A DNA stretch of 63,686 nucleotides, counting the filler. It is 8 parts of 8 records of this genome, joined end to end, with 100 filler letters (N's around TTAATTAATTAA, not from the genome) between each part and the next. Parts side by side here need not be neighbours in the genome. Positions count along the whole stretch, not along the records: positions 47,027 to 56,058 come from SRR20825010_6609; positions 56,159 to 63,686 come from SRR20825010_6622; 6 more parts are not named here. One strand, written 5' to 3'. Below are positions 49,639-58,727 of this stretch, one piece after another. The notes under the pieces are model-generated. The model made no database searches. It saw only the letters and a program-made list of their open reading frames with translations, and was not told where the DNA came from. Position numbers and translations under genes: made by a program. Position 1 is the stretch's first letter, and every line of letters starts with the position of its first letter.

Positions 49639-51462
49639 ATGAAAGATTCCGCGAAAAGATTGACCAAAACGAACACAAAAAACAGCCTATTAATTGAAAC
49701 CGCCTGGGAGGTGTTGAACCAGGTCGGGGGGATATATACAGTAATTCGTTCCAAAGTGCCTACGGTTGTTCCCAAATGGGGATCCAACTACTGCCTTCTT
49801 GGACCCTACATGCCGCAAAATGTCGCCACGGAATTTGAACCTTTTGAAAAAGCAGACGATGTTTTCGGCAAAGCAGTAAAAAGAATGCGGGACAAAGGGT
49901 ACGTGGTTCACTACGGGGAATGGTTGATCTCGGGACGTCCAAAGGTTATCTTGTTTGACCTGGGAAGTGGCATGCACAAGCTTGGGGAAATTAAGTATGC
50001 TCTTTGGGAACATCATGGCATCTCCAGCCCATCCGACGATTTTTTATTGAACGATGTTCTTGTCTTTGGCGAAATGGTAAAAATTTACCTCACCGAGTTG
50101 GTGGAAGTAAGCAAAGGTTCTAAAAAAGTACTGGCGCACTTTCATGAATGGATGTCGGCTTCCGGTTTACCCGAGTTACGACGCTTAAATGTCGATGTAC
50201 GAACGATCTTTACTACACATGCCACATTGCTTGGCAGATACCTGGCAATGAATGATCCGTTGTTTTACGACCACTTGCCTTTCCTTGATTGGCAAAAAGA
50301 AGCGGAACACTTCAACATACAGGCCAGCGCGAGCATTGAACGAGCCGCAGCACATGGAAGTCACGTATTTACAACGGTGAGTGAAGTAACTGCAGTTGAG
50401 TGCCGACAGTTGTTGGGCAGAGACCCGGATGTGATCTTGCCAAATGGCATCAACAACCAACGCTTCGAAGTACTCCATGAGTTTCAAAACATGCACCTTG
50501 CTGCGAAGAAGAAGATCCATGATTTCACCATGTCACACTTCTTTGCCAGCTACAATTTTGATTTGGATAAGACTTTATACTTTTTTACTTCCGGTCGATA
50601 CGAATACCTAAACAAAGGATACGATCTGACACTGGAAGCATTGGCTAGACTCAATCACCGATTACAAACCGAAAAATCCGATGTGACCGTGGTGATGTTT
50701 TTTATTACTAAACGACCGTACCACAACATCAACGCGAATATCCTGCACTCCAGAGCGCTTTTGGAGGAATTCCAAAATACGATTGACGCCATAAAAGAGC
50801 AAATTGGCAATCGACTGCTTTCAGAGTCCATGTCAAAGAAGGATAACAGATTGCCCGAACTACGTGGCTTTGTGGACGACTACTGGAAACTGAGATATCG
50901 CCGAACGCTCCAATCCTGGAAGTCCGATAGCCTGCCGCCGGTGGTTACACACAATTTACATGATGATAGCTCTGACGAAATTTTGAATTTCTTACGTCAT
51001 TCGAACCTCGTGAACAATGAGTCGGATCGGGTTAAGGTGGTGTATCATCCAGACTTCATCAACTATACCAACCCGCTTTTCAGTATGGATTACGGTCAGT
51101 TTGTGAGGGGATGTCATTTGGGCGTTTTTCCAAGTTATTATGAGCCATGGGGCTACACGCCCTTAGAGTGTATCGCCAGTGGCGTGCCTACCGTGACGAG
51201 TGATCTTGCAGGGTTTGGTGATTTCGTAAGTGAACAAGTGCCTGATCACGATAAACGTGGAATCTACATTGTAAATAGAAAATCAAAATCCTTCGATGCA
51301 GCCGCAGGTCAGCTCGCCAATCGCTTGTTTAATTACATCCGATTAAACCGGCGACAGAGGATTGAGCTGCGTAACCGTACGGAAGGCTCTGCAGCCCTTT
51401 TCGACTGGGCCAACCTGATAAAATATTACGACCAGGCCTATATTCAGGCAATCAATATGTAA
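49639..51462 (+). CDS. Glycogen synthase, eukaryote-like GT3 family
   Basis: ETAWEVLNQVGGIYTV, HFHEWM, FTTHATLLGRYL, SGRYEY.NKG.D, VFPSYYEPWGYTPLEC. Confidence 0.93.
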   Translation: MKDSAKRLTKTNTKNSLLIETAWEVLNQVGGIYTVIRSKVPTVVPKWGSNYCLLGPYMPQNVATEFEPFEKADDVFGKAVKRMRDKGYVVHYGEWLISGRPKVILFDLGSGMHKLGEIKYALWEHHGISSPSDDFLLNDVLVFGEMVKIYLTELVEVSKGSKKVLAHFHEWMSASGLPELRRLNVDVRTIFTTHATLLGRYLAMNDPLFYDHLPFLDWQKEAEHFNIQASASIERAAAHGSHVFTTVSEVTAVECRQLLGRDPDVILPNGINNQRFEVLHEFQNMHLAAKKKIHDFTMSHFFASYNFDLDKTLYFFTSGRYEYLNKGYDLTLEALARLNHRLQTEKSDVTVVMFFITKRPYHNINANILHSRALLEEFQNTIDAIKEQIGNRLLSESMSKKDNRLPELRGFVDDYWKLRYRRTLQSWKSDSLPPVVTHNLHDDSSDEILNFLRHSNLVNNESDRVKVVYHPDFINYTNPLFSMDYGQFVRGCHLGVFPSYYEPWGYTPLECIASGVPTVTSDLAGFGDFVSEQVPDHDKRGIYIVNRKSKSFDAAAGQLANRLFNYIRLNRRQRIELRNRTEGSAALFDWANLIKYYDQAYIQAINM

Positions 51463-53091
51463 TTATTTGCTGGCAAGCTTATCTGCTTCACCCAGCAAAG
51501 TAAGGGCCTTGGCCAATACCTCATTTTCTTCGTTGAAGATGGGGTAAAACCCATCGTTGCTCCATAGGCTTCTGGCGATGTAGGCTTTTACATAGTTTTG
51601 AATCAACCCTTTCGACTTTTTGAAAGCGGCATCATTGTACACAACACCATTCAATTTTCCGGTCTCGATCAGGTCACTCAAAATTTCGTCTGTCACAATA
51701 AAGTCCTTTTGAAAATCGATCATTCCCCATTTTTCAAGTTTGCGTTTGTTATTGTCTGAATATCGAAGGGAAAACTCCTGAATCGTATTGCTATTAAACA
51801 ACTTAATCAGATACTGGCTGTTTTTGCTGGTGTCGAGCGGAACGAAATAATCAGGCGTAATACCCCCTCCTCCGTAAACCAATCGTCCTTTGTCTGTGCG
51901 ATAAACCAGACTATCGTTCACTTTGATACTATCGGCATTGTACATTTCACCGTTTTGAAACCGCTCGTAATATTCGTTGTGATAATCACTCAGGTTTTCT
52001 GAATAGGGTTTTTGAATGCATCGTCCACTCGGTGTGTAGTAGCGCGAAATAGTCAATCGCATGGCAGATCCGTCGCTTAATTCTATCGGCTGTTGCACGA
52101 GACCTTTACCATAGGAGCGTCTTCCTACGACCAATGCACGATCATGATCCTGCAATGCCCCGGAAACAATCTCAGAGGCAGAAGCTGAACCTTCGTCGAC
52201 CAGAACAACGATTGCACCGGTTTCAAAATCTCCTTTTTCCTCTGACCAATATTCGGTATTGTGTTGCGATTCTTTGCCTTTGGTATAGACAATCATCTGA
52301 TTGTCGGCGATCAATTCATCCACAATTCGAACCGCCTGATTCATGTATCCTCCAGGGTTTCCCGTCAAATCCAGCACCAGATTTTTCATTCCTGCCTTCT
52401 GCAGTTTCCCTAAACCTTCCTTGAACTCCATGTAAGTAGTCGCTGAGAAGCGATTTATTTTGATATATCCGGTCGCATCATCGATCATGTACGAAACGTC
52501 CACCGAATATTGAGGGATCACATCCCGTTCGATGGTAAATTCTAAAAGTTCTTTTGAGCTCTTTCTTTTTATTTTAACGCCAACTTCAGAACCTTTCGGT
52601 CCACGAAGCAGATTGATCACTTCACGATTGGTTATCCCCGTTCCGGCCACATTCTTACCATCGACACTAATGATCCGATCACCGGATTTGATGCCCAGAC
52701 TTTCTGACGGACCTCCGCTTAAAGGAGTAACCACATGGATGGTATCGTGAAAAATATTAAACTCGATCCCAATTCCTTCGAAATTGCCTTCCAGTTGTGA
52801 ACGGGTGAGTTCAAGTTCTTTGGCTGGAATATAGACCGAATGAGGGTCCAGCTTGGCCAGCATCTCGGTGATCGCCGTTTCTACAAGTTCGTCTGTATCC
52901 ACATCATCCACATAGTCATTTTGGATGTAGGTAAGCACCTGACGAAACTTGATCATGCTTTTATAGACACTATTCGCCACTGCGGACGAACCATCCGCCA
53001 TGTTTGCACCGATTAATATCCCCAGACAAAGGGCCATTGCAATAAAAATTGGTAGGCGAATGGCGCTCCTGGTGTTTTTCTTTTCTTCCAC
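51463..53091 (-). CDS. S41 carboxy-terminal processing protease
   Basis: LDPHS, PDZ GIGI, NPGG, SASASEI (catalytic Ser), GKGLVQ (Lys), YYTPSGR. Confidence 0.95.
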   Translation of the reverse strand: MEEKKNTRSAIRLPIFIAMALCLGILIGANMADGSSAVANSVYKSMIKFRQVLTYIQNDYVDDVDTDELVETAITEMLAKLDPHSVYIPAKELELTRSQLEGNFEGIGIEFNIFHDTIHVVTPLSGGPSESLGIKSGDRIISVDGKNVAGTGITNREVINLLRGPKGSEVGVKIKRKSSKELLEFTIERDVIPQYSVDVSYMIDDATGYIKINRFSATTYMEFKEGLGKLQKAGMKNLVLDLTGNPGGYMNQAVRIVDELIADNQMIVYTKGKESQHNTEYWSEEKGDFETGAIVVLVDEGSASASEIVSGALQDHDRALVVGRRSYGKGLVQQPIELSDGSAMRLTISRYYTPSGRCIQKPYSENLSDYHNEYYERFQNGEMYNADSIKVNDSLVYRTDKGRLVYGGGGITPDYFVPLDTSKNSQYLIKLFNSNTIQEFSLRYSDNNKRKLEKWGMIDFQKDFIVTDEILSDLIETGKLNGVVYNDAAFKKSKGLIQNYVKAYIARSLWSNDGFYPIFNEENEVLAKALTLLGEADKLASK

Positions 53092-53210
53092 GATTTCTTC
53101 TTCTAAAATTTAAAAATACAAAAGCCGAGGGTTTCTTAACGTCGTTTTATTGTAAATCGTTTTCACTTTATGGTAGCAATCTCTTTTGAATAGTTTTTAT
53201 CTTTGTTGGA

Positions 53211-53927
53211 ATGCGGGTTTTTAATCAGACCATATCTACGATTGTTGACGAGAACTACATCTATGCCCGGGCATTGAGTTCTCTTGGTATCGAATTCTAT
53301 CTGCACCCCAATAAAAACCTTGGTGAGCTTTGTCAGGAAATGGGTTTGGTAGAGGATCAGGTGATGAAAAGTTTTTACCTCTTCGATACGAATCGCCGGA
53401 TATCCTATAAAGAACTCAATCGGTATCCGATCCAGATCGTGATCCAATACCTGAAACGAACACATAACATTTTTGTAAAAGACAGACTCCCTTACATTGC
53501 CAAGCTCATCGCTACATTGGAAACAAAGGATGATTTGAAGCTTATTTTTCCTGAATTTGTAGAAGAATTTATCCATCACATTCACGAAGAAGAAGACACG
53601 GTTTTCAATTACATTGATTGCCTGGTAAAGGTAAGTCAGGGCAAATCAGCCAACCCCACTGCCTGTTTATATAAATTCAGAAATTATTCCCTTGAAGCGA
53701 TTCATCACGAACATAAAGACGAAGATGAGCTTACCGGTATTCGCGCAATGGTGGATGATACCATCTATCCGGATGTGCATTGGAAAGTAATTTCAAACGA
53801 AATCAAAGCCTTTGACAGGGAGATGATGTACCATGCCCAAATCGAGAATGACATTCTGTTTCCAAAGGCGCTGGCGCTAGAATCAAGCATAAATCAAAAA
53901 ATCATCCAACTAAGCCAGCTCAACTAA
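53211..53927 (+). CDS. RIC/YtfE/ScdA-like hemerythrin-domain protein
   Basis: ScdA_N-like N-terminus; di-iron ligand patterns THN, HIHEEE..VF, HHEH, HAQIENDILFP. Confidence 0.8.
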   Translation: MRVFNQTISTIVDENYIYARALSSLGIEFYLHPNKNLGELCQEMGLVEDQVMKSFYLFDTNRRISYKELNRYPIQIVIQYLKRTHNIFVKDRLPYIAKLIATLETKDDLKLIFPEFVEEFIHHIHEEEDTVFNYIDCLVKVSQGKSANPTACLYKFRNYSLEAIHHEHKDEDELTGIRAMVDDTIYPDVHWKVISNEIKAFDREMMYHAQIENDILFPKALALESSINQKIIQLSQLN

Positions 53928-54340
53928 TGCCGCGAATCATGGCAATAGATTATGGAGCCAAGCGCACTGGCCTGGCCGTAACCGATCCGCTAATAATTAT
54001 TGCATCTGCTCTAACCACCGTGCCTTCACACACCCTGATGGACTTCCTGAAGGATTATTTTAGCAAGGAAGAAGTTATTGAAGTCGTTTTTGGAATGCCA
54101 AAAAACACAGACTGCACTCCTACCAATGCCACACCACTGGTCGTTGCAGCCGTGAATCGGTTCAAAAAACTATTTCCAGATAAGAAGTTAATTTTGCACG
54201 ACGAACGCTTTACTTCGAAAATGGCTTTGGATTCTATGATAGCAGCAGGCTCTACAAAAAAGGACCGCAGAAACAAAGAAAACATTGACAAAGTGAGCGC
54301 AACGATCATACTACAATCGTATTTGGAAACACGTTTATGA
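53927..54340 (+). CDS. ruvX: Pre-16S rRNA nuclease RuvX/YqgF
   Basis: AIDYGAKRTGLAVTD, DERFTS, DKVSATIILQSYL. Confidence 0.95.
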   Translation: MPRIMAIDYGAKRTGLAVTDPLIIIASALTTVPSHTLMDFLKDYFSKEEVIEVVFGMPKNTDCTPTNATPLVVAAVNRFKKLFPDKKLILHDERFTSKMALDSMIAAGSTKKDRRNKENIDKVSATIILQSYLETRL

Positions 54341-54888
54341 TATATCCCATCGTTTTATTTGGTGACCCTGTTTTGAAGAAAAAAGGACAGGACATTCCCA
54401 TAGGCTCTGACATTAAGGAATTGGTAGCCGATATGTTCGAAACCATGAAAGCTGCGAGTGGAGTAGGCTTGGCCGCACCACAAATCGGCAAATCCCTTCG
54501 CTTGTTTGTGGTAGACAGCACACCGATGCACGATGAAGGAGAAGAGCCTCTGGTAAAGGCATTCATCAATCCTGAGATCGTTGAAGAAGATGGGAAAGTC
54601 TGGGCCTTTGAAGAAGGGTGCCTGAGCATCCCCGGAATTAGGGAAGATGTGAAGCGGGAGGAACGCATCAAAATCACCTATTACGACGAAAACTGGAATC
54701 ACTTCGAAGAAGAATTTGATGATATCAAGGCACGCATTATTCAACACGAATACGATCACATCGAAGGAATCCTTTTCACCGACTACCTGACTGCTTTCAA
54801 GAAAAAGCTAATTCGTGGAAAACTGGCCAACATAAGCAAAGGAAAAGTGGATGCGGACTATCGTGTACGCATTCCAGTGAAAAAATGA
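54337..54888 (+). CDS. def: Peptide deformylase
   Basis: GVGLAAPQ, EGCLS, QHEYDH. Confidence 0.97.
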   Translation: MIYPIVLFGDPVLKKKGQDIPIGSDIKELVADMFETMKAASGVGLAAPQIGKSLRLFVVDSTPMHDEGEEPLVKAFINPEIVEEDGKVWAFEEGCLSIPGIREDVKREERIKITYYDENWNHFEEEFDDIKARIIQHEYDHIEGILFTDYLTAFKKKLIRGKLANISKGKVDADYRVRIPVKK

Positions 54889-55676
54889 CAACTGACTTAA
54901 ACGTCACCTTAATCCAATCCGATCTTCACTGGGAAAACAGTGATGCCAATCTCGGCATGTTTGAAGAAAAAATCTGGCAGATTGAAGGAGAAACCGATTT
55001 GATTGTCCTTCCGGAAATGTTCACAACCGGTTTCACCATGAAGGTCCGTGAACTAGCCGAACCCATGAACAGCAAAACTTTTCGTTGGATGAAACAACAA
55101 GCCGCTCAAACCAAAGCGGTGATTGTGGGTAGCTACATCGTACAGGAAAAAGGACAGTATTTCAACCGGCTTCATGCCGTTTATCCGGATGGAAAATCCT
55201 ATTTCTACAACAAAAGGCATTTGTTTGGCCTTGCGGGTGAGGATCAGGATTTCACCCCGGGTACCGAGCGGCTCATTATTGATGTAAAGGGCTGGAAGAT
55301 CCTCCCGCTGATATGCTACGACCTGCGTTTCCCTGTGTGGGCGCGATCTCAAAAAACAGCAGACGAACCCTATGAATACGATGCGGTGCTCTATGTGGCC
55401 AACTGGCCCAAACCCAGAATCCATTCGTGGGATTCCCTGCTTACTGCTCGTGCGATCGAAAACAATGCTTATTCCATCGGGGTAAATCGGATGGGCGTGG
55501 ATGGAGTAAATGCCAATTACATTGGCCACTCTGCAGTGTATAATTATCTTGGAGAGAAACTGGTTTTTTCCGACAAGGAAGATATCCTGCAAACCACTTT
55601 AAGTGCCCGGGCACTCACACTCTTTCGCACCAAATTTCCATTTCAAAAGGATGGGGAATCCTTTCAAATTCTTTGA
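54885..55676 (+). CDS. Nitrilase-family omega-amidase (YafV-like)
   Basis: LPEMFTTGF, YNKRHLF, ICYDLRFPVW (E-K-C triad), ARAIEN. Confidence 0.92.
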   Translation: MTTDLNVTLIQSDLHWENSDANLGMFEEKIWQIEGETDLIVLPEMFTTGFTMKVRELAEPMNSKTFRWMKQQAAQTKAVIVGSYIVQEKGQYFNRLHAVYPDGKSYFYNKRHLFGLAGEDQDFTPGTERLIIDVKGWKILPLICYDLRFPVWARSQKTADEPYEYDAVLYVANWPKPRIHSWDSLLTARAIENNAYSIGVNRMGVDGVNANYIGHSAVYNYLGEKLVFSDKEDILQTTLSARALTLFRTKFPFQKDGESFQIL

Positions 55677-55952
55677 CGAGAGGTAGAACCGGGAATCAAC
55701 CTGTTAAGCTTTCAATGAGCGATTTCCATGAAATAACCAGTGCAAAATCGCTCCATGGACTCCAAATACAGCATAAAACAACACAAAACCCCAAATTCTC
55801 AAGCCAGATTCTGATGTACCCATGATGTATAGGCTGATGTACCTAAGATGGGGTGCCGCATAGTAGTTACGGCAAGCGTTAATGCCAATTTTGTAAAACG
55901 CCATCCTGGAAAAATGGTGTTTCTAAAATATTTTAAACGAAAAGGCATTAAA

Positions 55953-56058
55953 ATGAAAAAACACTACCTATTGATCATTCTGGCAATTTCCTGGATGGCA
56001 CTCAATCCTGCTGCCCGAGCGCAAGCCCCCATCGATTTTGAAGCGAATGGAACGGGAG
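55953..56058 (+). CDS. Secreted protein, N-terminal fragment
   Basis: MKKHYLLIILAISWMALNPAARA-Q: Sec signal with Gln at +1, typical of Bacteroidota. Confidence 0.7.
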
Positions 56059-56158
56059 NNNNNNNNNNNNNNNNNNNNNNNNNNNNNNNNNNNNNNNNNN
56101 NNTTAATTAATTAANNNNNNNNNNNNNNNNNNNNNNNNNNNNNNNNNNNNNNNNNNNN
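56059..56158. other. Artificial contig linker
   Basis: N44-TTAATTAATTAA-N44. Confidence 0.99.
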
Positions 56159-57149
56159 CCACGGCAAAGGCTTCGTTGATTTCCCACAAATCAATGTCGG
56201 AAGCTTTCAAGCCTGCTTTTTGAAGCGCCTTCAAGCAGGCGGCTGTAGGGCCCGTCAGCATGATGGTGGGCTCGGAACCGATCACCGCCGCAGCGCGAAT
56301 GCGTGCACGTGGCTTCATGCCAGCCTTGCGGCCGGCTTCTTCACTGCCTACCAGTACCAAGGCGGCACCATCCACGATGCCAGACGAGTTACCGGCGTGG
56401 TGAATGTGGTTGATGGCTTCAACCGTGGTGTACTTGCGCAAAGCCGTGGCATTGAAGCCCATGCTGCCCATCATGGCAAACGATGGCTGCAAAGTGGACA
56501 GGCTTTCCACGGTGGCATTGCCACGAATAAATTCGTCGTGATCAAGCATGATCAAACCATTCAGGTCTTTCACAGGCACGCGGCTTTTGTTGAAACGGCC
56601 TTCGGCTTGTGCCTTGGCAGCACGGCGCTGACTTTCAACTGCATAGGTGTCTACGTCGGTGCGGCTAAAGCCTTCCAGCGTGCCGATCAGGTCTGCAGAA
56701 ATACCCTGGGGAATAAAACCGAGCTTGTCATTGATGCGGGGGTCCATGAACCACGCGCCGCCATCGCTGCCCATGGTCCAGCGGCTCATGCTTTCTACGC
56801 CACCTGCAACTACCATGTCTTCAAGGCCGCTACCCACCTTGGCCGCAGCCAGATTCACGGATTCAAGACCTGAAGCACAGAAACGCGACTGGGTAACACC
56901 CGCCACGGTTTCGGCCCAACCTGCGTCCAGCACTGCGGTGCGTGCAATGTCAGCGCCTTGTTCGCCCACCGGGGTTACGCAACCCAGCACCACGTCGTCA
57001 ACCAGGCTGGTGTCCAGATCATTGCGTTGTTGCAAGGCGGTCAACAGGTTGTTCAGCAACCAAACTGGTGTGGCCTGGTGCAGGCTGCCGTCTTTCTTAC
57101 CTTTGCCCCGTGGGGTTCTTACTGCGTCAAATATCAGTGCCGATGGCAT
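56159..57149 (-). CDS. Acetyl-CoA C-acyltransferase (thiolase, 3' truncated)
   Basis: RFCASG, GGVESMS, GNSSGIVDGA, EINEAFA. Confidence 0.94.
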
Positions 57150-57173
57150 CTGTGCCTCCTGGATTTTCTGGGA

Positions 57174-57301
57174 TTGGTAATTTAAATTACCAAAACTATC
57201 GTGAATTCGTCACGATCCAGAATGGCGATGTGCAAACGCACAATCAACCCAAGAAGTTACTTTAGAGTACCGGCTCTATGCATATGGTAATTTGCCTTAC
57301 C
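57174..57301. promoter_or_regulatory. Three copies of a palindromic operator upstream of the thiolase
   Basis: Perfect 20-bp palindrome TTGGTAATTTAAATTACCAA (57174-57193); variants GTTACTTTAGAGTACC (57256-57271) and GGTAATTTGCCTTACC (57286-57301). Confidence 0.8.
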
Positions 57302-57740
57302 GTTTGTTTTCTGCGGAATAGCACGCCCCGGTGTCGTGCATGAAAAAACGGTCTTGAATGGGGGGCTGCAAACCAAGTTCCTTGACCACACGCAACAGCT
57401 GAACATCCCGGGTCCACAGCGTGGTGCCCGGCGACAGCAAAACCGAGGCCAACAGGTGGGTGTCCACGTATCCCAAGCCCCGCCCGTGCAACTGGCGAAG
57501 GTCGATCAGTTCAAGCACTTCGCTGGGCGAAGCGAGTACCGTGGGTTCCAGATCAGCCATCCAGGTCAGCACACGTTCCCGTTCGTGGGCTGGTGCCAGA
57601 TTGGCCAGTGCCATTTCGCCCAGGATAAATGGATGCCCCAGCACACTGCCGTCATTGAGCAGGCGCACCAATTGTGCTTCGGACTGGTGAAAGTGATCCA
57701 CCCACACGGAGGTGTCAACAAGCACTTTCACAATTGCCAC
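57297..57740 (-). CDS. vapC: VapC PIN-domain toxin
   Basis: LVDTSVW, HPFILGE, GLGYVDTHLLAS, LWTRD. Confidence 0.93.
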   Translation of the reverse strand: MAIVKVLVDTSVWVDHFHQSEAQLVRLLNDGSVLGHPFILGEMALANLAPAHERERVLTWMADLEPTVLASPSEVLELIDLRQLHGRGLGYVDTHLLASVLLSPGTTLWTRDVQLLRVVKELGLQPPIQDRFFMHDTGACYSAENKR

Positions 57741-57922
57741 TGCCTGCGTGGAATGTCTTTCAGGTCGGGCTGCGTTCCACCCAATAAAGCAAGCCTGCGC
57801 GCACTTTCGCGTTGAATCAGGGCACGCAGTGCTTCGCGAAGCAGTTCATTTCGATCGCCCAGCCCGGAAAGCTGCTGGGCTTTGTTTAATAATTCATCAT
57901 CCAGATTGACAGTGGTTCTCAT
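57728..57922 (-). CDS. vapB: VapB antitoxin (ribbon-helix-helix)
   Basis: MRTTVNLDDELL...REALRALIQRESARRLALLGG...IPRR; overlaps vapC. Start reassigned to 57922. Confidence 0.93.
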   Translation of the reverse strand: MRTTVNLDDELLNKAQQLSGLGDRNELLREALRALIQRESARRLALLGGTQPDLKDIPRRQWQL

Positions 57923-57966
57923 ACACAGGTCCAATTGTTAAGCGAACCAACAATAGCACCATGTGA

Positions 57967-57982
57967 TGCATTTTTAGATGCA
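57967..57982. promoter_or_regulatory. Probable vapBC autoregulatory operator
   Basis: Inverted repeat TGCAT-N6-ATGCA 45-60 nt upstream of vapB. Confidence 0.5.
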
Positions 57983-58040
57983 AACACTCAATACAAATTA
58001 CACAGGGTCCGGTCACTCCTAATTCGACATAGCAAAACCA

Positions 58041-58667
58041 ATGACAAAAACACCAGCCACAACAAAGCCCGACACGAACGCACACCCCGCGACCATGCGC
58101 AAAGCCACGCTGGAGCGCATTGAAAATGCGGTTCTTGAACTATTTACTACCCGCGATTTCAACAGCGTGGCGCTGATCGAGGTGGCACGCAGCGCCAATG
58201 TCTCCCTGCAAACCATTTACAAGTATTTTGGCAGCAAGGAACAACTGGTGGCCTATGTGCTGGACACCACGCTACGCCGCTTGGCCAGCCGCATGATTGA
58301 CCACCTGGAGGGAATTGAGGACTACCGCGAACGCCTGCGCAAAACCCTGTGGGTGATGCTGGATTACTTCGACAAGCACCCCAAGGTAATTTTGTTGCTG
58401 ACTGTGGCCATTCCTGCAAGCCGCTATCAAGACCTGCCGGTGTATGAAAGCCCGGAACTGATGGGCGCCTTTCTAGGCATGCTGAAAGAAGGCCAGCACA
58501 AGGGCGTGTTCAACAACACCGTGTCCAGCAAGATGTTGCTGGATGTGTTCATGGGCGTGTTTGGCCGGGTGGCACAAATGCATTTTCTGCGCAAGGAACA
58601 AGACCGGTTGATCGATCAGTTCGATGGGCTGTTTGCCATTCTATGGGGTGCATTGAAAGCCAATTAA
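58041..58667 (+). CDS. TetR/AcrR family transcriptional regulator
   Basis: VARSANVSLQTIYKYFGSKEQL. Confidence 0.93.
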   Translation: MTKTPATTKPDTNAHPATMRKATLERIENAVLELFTTRDFNSVALIEVARSANVSLQTIYKYFGSKEQLVAYVLDTTLRRLASRMIDHLEGIEDYRERLRKTLWVMLDYFDKHPKVILLLTVAIPASRYQDLPVYESPELMGAFLGMLKEGQHKGVFNNTVSSKMLLDVFMGVFGRVAQMHFLRKEQDRLIDQFDGLFAILWGALKAN

Positions 58668-58669
58668 AT

Positions 58670-58698
58670 GGAACCCAGCCCACTGTTGTGGCCACCCA
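58670..58698 (+). promoter_or_regulatory. hrp box (HrpL-type ECF sigma promoter)
   Basis: GGAACC (58670-58675)-N16-CCAC-CC-A (58692-58698), exact match to GGAACC-N15/16-CCACNNA, 29 nt before the orphan ATG, with GGAG RBS in between. Confidence 0.8.
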
Positions 58699-58727
58699 AT
58701 GCTGATTAACCGGAGAGCCCACACCGC

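Noticed and set aside
55704-55904. 66-aa minus-strand ORF with a hydrophobic C-terminus
   Set aside because: No recognisable family or start signals; may be a gene remnant but cannot be supported.
4588-56158. Seven identical TTAATTAATTAA motifs flanked by N runs, resembling a spaced repeat family
   Set aside because: Artificial 100-nt concatenation linkers. Gene neighbourhoods and GC shifts across them have no biological meaning, and ORF-track ends reading ...XXXLIN are artefacts.
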